Source: the human T2T-CHM13v2.0 reference genome, Homo sapiens. Taken from it: a stretch of DNA of 64,000 nt. A program made the translations under genes and the position numbers. Location of the stretch: assembly GCF_009914755.1 (NCBI RefSeq), contig NC_060947.1; one strand, given 5' to 3'. This document shows positions 1 through 15,290 of the stretch, piece after piece; position 1 is the stretch's first letter, and every line of letters starts with the position of its first letter. The notes under the pieces were generated by a model. The model made no database searches and was not told where the DNA came from. It worked only from the letters and a program-made list of their open reading frames with translations.

Positions 1-1114
1 AGACTGCCATGACCTGAAAGGTGAGAAATTGGAAACTACAATGTAAGCCTCATTATTGTAAAGTCTATTGATTAGGGGGAAAATGTTAACCTTTGAACAG
101 AGGTAGTTAAGCTCTCCTATAGCTTTTCACTTCAGTGAATTAAGAGACTAGCAGACAGATCAAATTTCTTTTGTTTGAGACGAAAAGAAAAAATTAAGAA
201 TCACTATTAGTCCATGAATGCTTTTTAAAATGTCCAAAAGGTAGCTTTCTAAAACAGAGTAAAATAAGTTTTCTCAGTTTCTATCTGAGTGCCTTAACCT
301 ATCCATAAACAAATTCCAACCTCATCTTCCTATACAAAATTAGAAACCATTTGGGGAGATTTAAATGGCCTTCAGGTGAGAATCCAACTGAGTTTTTTGA
401 GAAGAGGGAGAAAAAATCTAGCAGTAAAGACCCCCAACATGGTTTTCAAAATGAGAATAGAGGAAAAAAATGTCAAGTAAGAACAGCAACATCAATAATG
501 TAGAAGCCATTGAGATGGGCAATTTTTAATGCAATATTTTTCCAGACAAACAGAATTAGCCTATTTGGGTGTGATTTGAATTAGAATGAATTGACAAAAT
601 TATTAGAATTATCCAACCTGGGTTTCCAGTTTGCTCCCCAAACCCCAGAAATATTCAATATATTTTACTCCTCCAGTTTTTACTGTTAAAAATTTCCTTA
701 TCCTATGCTCCATTCCTTTAAGTGGCCTGTTTTCTATGAGATATAATCTGATAAATTCAGTTAAGCTAGAGAATTAAAGTCTCAGGATGGTTTATTAACC
801 CCCAGGTATATTTTAGCAAAAGATTTCAAAAAAGACTTAATCCAAAGGATTTAAAGATAATCTGTTGGTGGGAATTTCAGAAACTGGCCCAGGCCGACTA
901 GAGAAAAATTGGGGTCAGGGAGGGATTCCACACCTTTCAGTTCACATTATAGAGGCCTATACATGTGATGTTCCTGCTATGAATGTATACATTGCTGAGA
1001 AATAGGGCCATTTTAAAGTTGACAAACTATAAAACAAAATAAATACAATAATACAATAGTATTTTAAGGACTGCACTAGGTGAGAACTTACAGGTTCAAT
1101 ATTATTCAGGGTTT

Positions 1115-1163
1115 GAGAGAGAAGAGAGATGTGAGAGAGACAGAGAGAAAGAGAGAGAGAGAG
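1115..1163. repeat. Imperfect (GA)n microsatellite
   Basis: gagagagaagagagatgtgagagagacagagagaaagagagagagagag seen directly. Confidence 0.85.
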
Positions 1164-2249
1164 ATTTTTCCCAATAACACAGATTTTTCACCTCCTGTCC
1201 CTGACAACTCATTTTTTGGCACCTGCAGAGAAAGAGCAGAAGGAGTATCTAGAAGTAAGGAACTATGAGTGGGCAGATTAAAGATCAGAGACCAGTCTGA
1301 ATGCCATCAAACATATAAGCACTGCTCCTTCAACTTGACTCTTCTCAACCTATACTCACCCAAACCCTTTCAAGTACTGATCTCCCTATCACTGGGCATA
1401 GGTAACTGAAAGAAAAATATGGCATGAGTTTCTAGATAAAAATACAAAACAATAATGATAATATTTATTCCAAAGAAGTCCAAGATACTAAATCAAGAAT
1501 GAATGAATCAGGCTTTGAAAATTAAGGGAAACTTCTTTGCCCAAGAGGACCAGGGTATTAACCAGAATGTAGAAAACACATAGCACCCATTTACATAAAT
1601 GTGCTTATCCTTAAATGGATGTTCTCATTGACAAACCTAAGTCTCTTATTTCACTTCCCAAGGCCAGCTAGCTAGCCATGTGTAGGTATCCATATACAAT
1701 GGGGGTTATCACGACCCATAATTTCCTCATAAAATTGCTGTCACCACACTGCTAACAGCCAAGTGACCAAATAGTTCATATAGAAAGTGATATTGGTGGC
1801 AAAATGCAAACAGCCAAATAAAAATGAAAAAAGTTAAAAGCTCTCAATTTAAGATGTAAATAAAAACTAATAGGGTGACTTTTTTTTTTCTATCAGAATG
1901 TCTTCAGAAAACGTTTAGACACCATTGTGATATATTCAATTTATATGTTTTAGAGAAAAACAAAAGACATATGATTAGGGAGCAGTTTCACTGCAACTTG
2001 GTTTATCCTGATCCCATATAGTACATATATTATATAATAATAGACTTGGCTCTTCAATGTCAGTGAAAGTTCATAACATGGACACCAGAAGACAAACAGC
2101 TATATGTCAAAGTGAAATTGCATTAAATGAACCTGAAAGTTCTTTTTATCCTTTAGAAATCAATAAAATGTAGTATTTGTCTTAATGAGCTTGAGGGATT
2201 TCTTGTTATGGCAAAATCGTTTGCTTTGAAGACACTTTAAAAATATTTA

Positions 2250-2539
2250 GGCTAGATGTGGTGGCTCATGCCTGTAATCCCAGCACTTTGGGAGGCTGAG
2301 GCAAGCGGATCACTTGAGGTCAGGAGTTCAAGACCAGCCTGGCCAACATGGTGGAAGCCTGCCTCTACTAAAAATACAAAAATTAGCCAGGCGTGGTGGT
2401 GGGCACCTGTAATCCCAGCTACTCGGGAGGCTGAAGCAGGAGGATTGCTTGAACCTGGGAGGCGGGAGGTTGCAGTGAGCTGCTATCATGCCACTGCACT
2501 CCAGCCTGGGCAATAGAGTGAGACTCCATCTCAAAAAAA
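2250..2539 (+). mobile_element. Full-length AluS (Sz/Sx-like) SINE
   Basis: Left arm ggctagatgtggtggctcatgcctgtaatcccagc, middle A-rich linker tactaaaaatacaaaaattagcc, right arm ending gactccatctcaaaaaaa. Confidence 0.95.
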
Positions 2540-3441
2540 TTATATAATATTACCTAATTTTTAAATTTGAATTTATAAATTTAAAATATTTAAATACTAT
2601 TTGAAGAATTTTAGCCCAAAACAGAAAAGTTCAATAGTTGAGGTCCTCATTTGCATAGTTTAAATTGAATTCCAAGCTGAGGGCATAGATCCAAGGAAGC
2701 CAAACCCTAGTACAATAAGCCTTAAAAAAATTGTTTGTTAGACAACCTTGTGCAAAAAATATATATATTGTTGAAATTTGTCCCAAAGGGAAATGCACTG
2801 TGTGAGTGTATGTTTGTAAAGGTAATCAGAAAACCTCCAATGAACAGCGTTACTTGAGAAATAATGTCATGATGTTGTGGGACAGGCTTTGAGCATGGAG
2901 GCTAATCTGGTGAGGAAAAGGTATATATACATTCTTAACCAATTACTTAAGCAAGTAGAATCCACAAAACAAGAAAAGTAGACTTGAGTACAATTTTGGA
3001 TTCTGCCACACCACTGAGCAATATTTATTCACTTGCAAATGGTGCTAATAAATCAAAAGTTATTATCAAGTTGTATGCAGATTTAAATATCATGAGACAT
3101 GTGCTAGTAATTGTCTGGGGAAGAATATTGTTCTCCTTTTTCCTAAAAGGGAAGATTTAGCAATTGAACCAGCCAGTATTATTCATGAATAGTATTTAAA
3201 AATCATATTTACACGCATTCAGTAATGATATAAACTGAGAGACATTGGGCTTGGAAAAGCTGTTCTTTATCATTATGAACAGTGAGTGGAATACGCAGTC
3301 TAATTTGTGGTGTCTTTACAGGGATATCATGAAGATACCATCTGTCTCCTTCCCACTTGCCCATTACCCCCACAAAATCTCCCTCATCCAGCTTGCTGAT
3401 ACTTAAATTTCCCAGTTATTACTTTATCTTTTTTGTCTTAT

Positions 3442-4012
3442 GGCACTATAGTAATTGGTTAAGAATACAGGCTTGGGAGTCAGTGAAACTTGTGTTCCAC
3501 TCATATTTGTACCACTAATCAACTAGGTGGCCTTGGGGAAAATTACTGACTGTCTCTGGGCCAATTTTTCTAAAAATTTATAAAATGAGAGTGATATTAT
3601 ATCTTAGTACATTTTGTATTGCTATAACAGAGTATCTGAGACTGGGTAATTTATAAAGAAAATAGGTTTGTTTAGCTCACAGCACTGGAGGCTGGGAAGT
3701 TCAAGAAGCATAGCAGAGAAGCAGAAGGGAAAGGAGACGTGCAAAGAGACCAAACCTCACTTTACAACAACTTGCTCTCTCAGAAACTAATCCAGACTCC
3801 AGAGAAAGACATTAATCCATTCTAATGAGCTAATTACCTCTTAAAGGCACCACTTCCCACCACCACCACATTGGGGAGCAATCCTCCACATGAATTTTGG
3901 TAGGGACAAACCATATTCTAATTGTAGCATACTAATAATAATACCACCTTACTGGATTATCAAAATTAAATGAGATAATGTAGGTAGCACAGTGCCAGGA
4001 ATAGACTAAGTT
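3442..4012 (+). mobile_element. MIR SINE split by an MST LTR (pieces ~3442-3599 and ~3930-4012)
   Basis: MIR core-like gccttggggaaaattactgactgtctctgggcc...taaaatgaga resumes after the LTR as aataatataccacct...attaaatgagataatgtaggtagcacagtgcc. Confidence 0.7.
3600..3929 (-). mobile_element. MaLR solo LTR (MSTC/MSTD-like)
   Basis: tatcttagtacattttgtattgctataacagagtatctgagactgggtaatttataaag ... ccatattctaattgtagca; near-TSD tatta/tacta. Confidence 0.8.
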
Positions 4013-4020
4013 CACTATAT

Positions 4021-4378
4021 CATTGGCCTTTGAACAATGCAGGGGTATTATATACAGTATTCTTACAATACAGTAAGCTAGAGCAAAGAAAATGTTATTA
4101 AGGAAATCACAGTGAAGAGAAAATATATTAACTAGTCATTAGGTGGAAGTAGATCATCATAGAGGTCTTCCTCCTCCTCATCATCACATTGAGTAGGCTG
4201 AGGGGGAGGAGGAAGAGGAGGGATTGGTCTTGCTGTCTCAGGGGTTGCAGAGATGGAAGAGGTGGAAGAGGTGGAAGAGGAGGCAGGAGAGGCAGACTCA
4301 GTAGGTATAATTTTTACTGAAACAAATCCGCATGTAAATAAACTCATGCAGTTCAAACTAGTGTTTAAGGGTCAATTT
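4021..4378. mobile_element. Tigger2a/MER28-like non-autonomous DNA transposon
   Basis: Degenerate TIRs cattggcctttgaacaa ... gtttaagggtcaatt and the typical GA-rich internal segment. Confidence 0.75.
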
Positions 4379-5339
4379 TATATGTTAGCTATTAGTATTA
4401 TTAAAATTTAATCACACCCATGGATAGCAAACATATCATATTTAGCTTTATCAGTCATTTTCTGATGAGTTTAGCAGTTCCTTTCCTCAGGGTAGTTCTT
4501 GAGGAGGTAAAAATGCATAGAAGACCCTACGATATTGAGGAGATTATATTTGATGAGGGGAGCACCTCCAGTCTAGGTGAAGGGAGGAATGCATGAAGAA
4601 CAACAAAGAACCTAAGATATCTCCTTAACCACACATGTCTGCCATGCTAAGGCCCAGCCCTTCCCTCTTTTCTCAGATATTTGTTAGCTGCTTAGGCAAA
4701 TCAGGTTTATGAGAATCAGTTAACTGGATGGAACTGCAAAACTTCTGTCCTCATGATGAAAGTGTTCAAATATACATCTAAAAAAAGAAGGAATGTATTG
4801 AAAGCTACATTTAAAAAAGGAAATCAGAGGTGAGCATTTTACATCTCACAGTAGGTTAAAATATCTCTCCTGATGAGACGCTCAGGTGACCTCTGGCTTC
4901 CATGACATTTTCTTTGGCAAAAGGGAAATGCAAGCAGTATTCCATGTCTTATTCCATTTGCCTTGCATTTGAGGGGTGACCTTATTTTACTGCCTCTCTT
5001 TGGTCCCAGAGAAGCTGGATGTGGACTGAAGTAATATTATCATCCAGATGAATAACTAGTATTTCCTTCAAGCTGACTTCAGGGCAGAACCACTTTGTAA
5101 ACATCTGACTGGTCCAGTCATAATTCTTAAACTTGAAAATCAGATCAACCCCTCAAAATCATCACGTGCTGAATGTGGATATCCATAATTGACAAGCCAT
5201 GTGACTTGAGCAAGTTGCTTAAGCTCCCTAGGCTTTAATTTCTTCATATATAAAGTGGGTTAGTAACTAATTGAAGATTAAGTGACACAATGGTCCCAAA
5301 GCTGTTAGTATAGTATTTCCTCACTAATGGTAGCAATTA

Positions 5340-5560
5340 GTATTCTTGACGAGTAGCATCATGGTATAATGATAAGAACATGGATTTCAGAGGCAAAAAC
5401 TTCAATTTTTAATCCCAGTCTCTTATGTTACCTTGAGCAACTTATTTAACCTTCTTGAATCACAGTCTATCCATCCACAAAACAAAAATAATAACATAGA
5501 ATAAAATGACATGAAATGATATGTGTAAAGGGTCTGGTTCAGAGAAAACGTTCAATAAAT
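5340..5560 (+). mobile_element. MIR SINE (a further fragment at ~5195-5330)
   Basis: ccttgagcaacttatttaacc core; 3' end ttcaataaatg. Confidence 0.55.
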
Positions 5561-6859
5561 GCCAGTTCCCTTCCCTTCTGCATTTAACCAGCTGCTCTTT
5601 AATGTCTAAGGAGGATTATTCCTTTAATCAAAAAATTGTCATTTAGAGAAGTTTCTCTCCACCCAAATAAAACATTTGTGTTTAGAATCTGGCAAACTGA
5701 AGTACAATTAGCAGACAGTATTCTCAGATAAATGTCCCCTTTTCATTGTGACTTTATATGGCTACCTTATATAGGGGCAGTCCCCTTTATTATTATTCTC
5801 TTTCTCAAAGCCTTTTTATAATTTTTCTGGCACTTGTCAAAAGAAATACTTATTTTTTTTGTTTATTTGGCGAATAATTGGTGCTCCATATATCATATAT
5901 ATTCCTTGAATAAATGAATCCTACTTCTTTCCCAGCAAATAAAATGTCATCTGTGACCTTTTTCTATTTGTCTTTGTACATCTGTGCCTAGACATATTGC
6001 AGAGAGTGGCCTTATTTTGCATGCTGAAATAATAACTTTCCCTGATTCCCCAATTACTTGTATTTACCTTTGGAAACATTTTCCAGGGTGACGGACACTT
6101 TGGACCCACCATGACTAGAAAGACATAGGCTTTGAACTTATTTTAAGGTAGTACTGAGAAGTTTGTATTGAACTATTTACATACACTCTTTTTGCCCATC
6201 TTATGATAACAGGCATATTTACACCACAGAGTTGATGATGGTTAGTACTGAAGCCTACAATTCTGGAACACAACAAAGCTAAAAGAACCACATGGAAACT
6301 ACACCCATAATTTTGATCTTATTAACCACCACCCCCTCCACCACACACACATTTATTCAGATGCTAGATTATATAGAGCATATATATATAGTATATGCTA
6401 TATACTCTAAAAAGCCAAACCCACGGGTACTAAGAGATAGCTTTGCCATTTTCCTCGCCAAAGGGAAATTCTGGCTCAATTCCTGATCTTAAAGTATAGA
6501 CTAGCTTGAAGGACGGCTCATCCCATCAGCAACCAGCAGGTGTGGAAGATGAGACAGTCCCATTCTTAAGTAGTTATCTGGCTTCCCAGAGATTCTTCTG
6601 ACAAAGAAAAAAATCTGGAAAACATCCACTGTTTTTCTCTCATCCAAACCTTTAGAAAACCCATGATTTTATAGTATTTTGGTGATCTGTAAATACTTTT
6701 GAAAAGACTAATTACCGGGGGAAGAGCCAAGATGGCCGAATAGGAACAGCTCCGGTCTACGGCTCCCAGCGTGAGCGACGCAGAAGACGGGTGATTTCTG
6801 CATTTCCATCTGAGGTACCGGGTTCGTCTCACTAGGGAGTGCCAGACAGTGGGCGCAGG

Positions 6860-7168
6860 TCAGTGGGTGCGCGCACCGTGCGTGAGCCAAAGCAGGGCGA
6901 GGCATTGCCTCACTTGTGAAGCACAAGGGGTCAGGGAGTTCCCTTTCCGAGTCAAAGAAAGGGGTGACGAGCGGCACCTGGAAAATCGGATCACTCCCAC
7001 CCGAATACTGCGCTTTTCCGACGGGCTTAAAAAACGGTGCACCACGAGATTATATCCTGCACCTGGCTCAGAGGGTCCTACACCCACGGAGTCTCGCTGA
7101 TTGCTAGCACAGCAGTCTGAGATCAAACTGCAAGGCGGCAGCCAGGCTTGGGGAGGGGCGCCCGCCAT
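6860..7168 (-). other. L1 antisense ORF0, open, 102 codons
   Basis: MAGAPPQAWLPPCSLISDCCASNQRDSVGVGPSEPGAGYNLVVHRFLSPSEKRSIRVGVIRFSRC matches L1 ORF0; ATG at 7168. Confidence 0.8.
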
Positions 7169-7623
7169 TGCCCAGGCTTGATTAGGTAAACAAAGCAGCC
7201 TGGAAGCTCGAACTGGGTGGAGCCCACCACAGCTCAAGGAGGCCTGCCTGCCTCTGTAGGCTCCACCTCTGGGGGCAGGGCACAGACAAACAAAAAGACA
7301 GCAGTAACCTCTGCAGACTTAAATGTCCCTGTCTGACAGCTTTGAAGAGAGCAGTGGTTCTCCCAGCACGCAGCTGGAGATCTGAGAACGGGCAGACTGC
7401 CTCTTCAAGTGGGTCCCTGACCCCTGACCCCTGAGCAGCCTAACTGGGAGGCACCCCCCAGCAGGGGCACACTGACACCTCACACTGCAGGGTATTCCAA
7501 CAGACCTGCAGCTGAGGGTCCTGTCTGTTAGAAGGAAAACTAACAAACAGAAAGGACATCCACACCGAAAACCCATCTGTACATCACCATCATCAAAGAC
7601 CAAAAGTAGATAAAACCACAAAG

Positions 7624-8640
7624 ATGGGGAAAAAACAGAACAGAAAAACTGGAAACTCTAAAAAGCAGAGCACCTCTCCTCCTCCAAAGGAACGCAGTTC
7701 CTCACCAGCAACAGAACAAAACTGGATGGAGAATGACTTTGACGAGCTGAGAGAAGAAGGCTTCAGACGATCAAATTACTCTGAGCTACGGGAGGACATT
7801 CAAACCAAAGGCAAAGAAGTTGAAAACTTTAAAAAAAATTTAGAAGAATGTATAACTAGAATAACCAATACAGAGAAGTGCTTAAAGGAGCTGATGGAGC
7901 TGAAAACCAAGGCTCGAGAACTACGTGAAGAATGCAGAAGCCTCAGGAGCCAATGCGATCAACTGGAAGAAAGGGTATCAGCAATGGAAGATGAAATGAA
8001 AGAAATGAAGTGAGAAGGGAAGTTTAGAGAAAAAAGAATAAAAAGAAATGAGCAAAGCCTCCAAGAAATATGGGACTATGTGAAAAGACCAAATCTACGT
8101 CTGATTGGTGTACCTGAAAGTGACGGGGAGAATGGAACCAAGTTGGAAAACACTCTGCAGGATATTATCCAGGAGAACTTCCCCAATCTAGCAAGGCAGG
8201 CCAACATTCAGATTCAGGAAATACAGAGAACGCCACAAAGATACTCCTCGAGGAGAGCAACTCCAAGACACATAATTGTCAGATTCACCAAAGTTGAAAT
8301 GAAGGAAAAAATGTTAAGGGCAGCCAGAGAGAAAGGTCGGGTTACCCTCAAAGGAAAGCCCATCAGACTAACAGCGGATCTCTCGGCAGAAACCCTACAA
8401 GCCAGAAGAGAGAGGGGGCCAATATTCAACATTCTTAAAGAAAAGAATTTTCAACCCAGAATTTCATATCCAGCCAAACTAAGCTTCATAAGCGAAGGAG
8501 AAATAAAATCCTTTACAGACAAGTAAATGCTGAGAGATTTTATCACCACCAGGCCTGCCCTAAAAGAGCTCCTGAAGGAAGCGCTAAACATGGAAAGAAA
8601 TGACCGGTACCAGCCACTGCAAAATCATGCCAAAATGTAA
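7624..8640 (+). pseudogene. L1 ORF1p (338 codons) with premature stops
   Basis: MGKKQNRKTGNSK start; TGA at 8011-8013 (CGA>TGA) and TAA at 8524-8526; native stop at 8638-8640. Confidence 0.95.
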
Positions 8641-8688
8641 AGACCATCCAGACTAGGAAGAAACTGCCTCAACTAACGAGCGAAATAA

Positions 8689-12519
<3,831 letters not shown>

Positions 12520-13514
12520 ACAATGAGAACACATGGACACAGGAAGGGGAACATCACACTCTGGGGACTGTTGTGGGGTGTGGGGAGGGGGGAGGGATAG
12601 CACTGGGAGATATACCTATTGCTAGATGATGAGTTAGTGGGTGCAGCGCACCAGCATGGCACATGTATACATATGTAACTAACCTGCACAATGTGCACAT
12701 GTACCCTAAAACTTAAAGTATAATAACAAAAAATAATAATAAAATAAAATAAAATAAAAAAGAAAAGACTAATTACCTTATATTGTAACTCACCAAAATC
12801 ATCAGGGTCCATGATTTCTGATGGTTGTGCACATTTACATTTACTCCCTTAAGCAAGGAGTCCTAATGATTCAGTCATTCAACAGATAAGCACCTACTAT
12901 ATGTCAGGCACTGTGGTAAGCACTGGTGAGCACCACTTTTGCTCTCATGGATCCCCCTGTCACTAATGTTTAAAGGGATCAGGAAAGAAAAAAAGGACAT
13001 GCCTTGGAATGTACTGCAATATCTAAGAGCTTTTTAGTAACGTTGTCCATTGTTGAAATCATTGAAAATAGTATAATCCTTCAATCACTCTTAATATTTA
13101 AAAAGTTGCATATTTGTTATTTTTATGAGAGTTATTAATTATTGTGTAGAAGAGGCCCCTAAGCTGTTGGAGGATGAATATGTTATAGAACAAATGTTGG
13201 CAAAGTAGACAAATCTTTGGCATTGTATGTGAAGCAAAGGAGAGCCAGGTTAAAAAAAAAATAAAAGAATCTAATAAATACAGGCTTGTTCAGTGAATGC
13301 TAAAATATTTGAATGGATCTTTAGAAAAGGATTACTTTCACCAGATAAAATCAATACATATATGGTACTGAATAGACAAATAGATCCAAAAAAGGCTCAT
13401 ACGTGTACCTGAATAACTGACCCATATTGAGTTATTAAAGGGAAAGTAGAGTGGTTGGTTAAGTCCTTCAATTATGTGACTGATAGGCTCTGTACCCTTT
13501 GAGATGGCACAGAT

Positions 13515-13839
13515 TAGAGATTGGCAAACTAAGGCCCCACAATGCCAAATCTGGCCCATCACCTATTTTTGTATGACCCACAGCTAAGAATGATTTTTAA
13601 ATTTTATAAAGATTGAAAAAATCAAAATAAAAATAATATTTCATGACACATGAAAATCCAAATTTCAGTGCAAATAAAGTTTCATTGGAATACAGCCGTG
13701 TTCATTTGTTTACATATTGTCTCTGGTTGCTTTTATGCTACAATGGCAGAGTGAGGTAGTTACAACAGAGACTGTGTGACTTACAAAGCCAAAAATATGT
13801 GCTACCTGGTCATTTACAGAAAATGTTTGCTGACCTCTG
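13515..13839. mobile_element. MER58B-like hAT-Charlie MITE
   Basis: Termini gattggcaaactaaggcc...gccaaatctggccc and gtttgctgacctctg; internal aaataaagtttcattggaatacagcc. Confidence 0.8.
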
Positions 13840-13849
13840 TCATAGACTG

Positions 13850-14025
13850 TAGTAGCTTTGAAGTTTCACAGAATTTGGTTCAAGTCCTCACTCTGCCTCG
13901 AGCAAATTACTTAATTTCTGTGAGCCTCAATTTTCCCAGAAAAGTGGAGATGTTAATAGTACCCTCATGAGATAATAAATGTAAAACATTAGCGCAGTGC
14001 CTGTCATGCTTTAAGCATTCAGTAA
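13850..14025 (+). mobile_element. MIR SINE
   Basis: gagcaaattacttaatttctgtgagcctcaattttccc...aatagtaccctcatgag. Confidence 0.65.
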
Positions 14026-14751
14026 ACCTATTACAAATAATCTCTAGGTTTGAGACATATGCTGGGAAATATGGACCATGAAAGAGTCCTAGGTGGCAGT
14101 TCTGATGGTTTTATTTCGATACATCTGACCAGAAGCTCTGCACTGAAATCAAGAAAACATCACTATTTGCTGTTCTTTCTTTTAGCCCAAATTTAGCATT
14201 AGGACCATGTTTTCAGTAGGCTGCTAATCTTCACAATGATCTCCATAAAAGCATACTACTACAATGGTAATTTAATTTGTAAGGGATGATGATTATCATG
14301 TTAGTCTGGCTGGATGGGGTGCAAAAATAGCTACTTTTAATTTTAGTTGGCACATTGGCAGTATTAATTGCAAGTCTTCTCATCGGTCTACCAGAGGGCT
14401 GAGGTTAAGTTATACACCAAAGAATAAGGTGGAAACAAGAATCTTACAGTCAGATAAAATGAAATGAGTGACAGGCCGTAGTATAATAATACATTGCTAT
14501 ATTTAAATAATTATTACCACCATCATCACCTCCTCCTATAATCCCACACAATTGAAAGAAAAAGATAAAACGATTCAAGATCATGCAAAATGATTTAAGC
14601 ACATGCAGTTGAATAACATATAACTTTTCTATTTGGCTTTACCTTAAAATCAGAAGAACAAGCCAAACTGATACATTGTAAAATACTCGCCATAATCAAG
14701 TAGGCTTATAATTCATGAACCAAGCAGCATGGAAATCCCATTGCAATTAAT

Positions 14752-14872
14752 GGAGGAAGAGGAGGAAGAAGAGAAGAGGGAGGGGGAGAGGGAGGGGAGG
14801 TGGGAAGAGAAAAGAAGGGGAAAGAGAAGAGAGGAGGGAGAAAGGAAGGAAGGAAAGAAGAAAGAAAGAAGA
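14752..14872. repeat. 121-bp polypurine low-complexity tract
   Basis: Only G and A except one T at 14801. Confidence 0.9.
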
Positions 14873-14954
14873 CTGGCAACATCTGTTGGAGCAAAAGTAT
14901 GGATATGTGAATATCCTTGTAAATTGCTGTTGGGAATGTGTTTCCTACTAAACA

Positions 14955-15290
14955 TTTTAGAAAGCAATCTGGTAATTGCTATTAAAATTTGAAATGCACA
15001 CATATCTTTTGATCCAGAAATTGCAGTTTTGGAAATCTGTACTAGATAATAAAAGCATCAGTACATAGAATACGTCTATACAATAATTTTGAGGTATTAT
15101 TTATAAAACAACTAAAACCTGGCAACTACTTGAAAGTCTGATATATTGGATGAATAGTGATATAGGATATAGCCTGTAGAATATTAGGTAGTTATTTAAA
15201 ACAATGAGCTGGATCTTTGCATGTTGATCAGGAAAGATGCCCATGAAAATTGGAAAATGAAAAAAAAGCAGGTTGCAAGGTAATATATAT
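14955..15290 (+). mobile_element. Ancient L1M (L1ME-like) 3' fragment, the target of the L1PA7 insertion
   Basis: gaaagcaatctggtaattgctattaaaatttgaaatgcacacatatcttttgatccagaaatt resembles the ORF2 end/3'UTR of old L1. Confidence 0.5.

Noticed and set aside
1-700. Possible ancient LINE endonuclease remnant (ETIWGDLN near 345-368)
   Set aside because: A single short motif with no supporting collinear motifs that I could verify
4132-4356. 74-aa Ser/Pro/acidic ORF that looks like a real protein
   Set aside because: Lies wholly within a Tigger2-derived MITE; low-complexity transposon remnant
14729-14992. Glu/Arg/Lys-rich 87-aa ORF
   Set aside because: Translation of a polypurine tract
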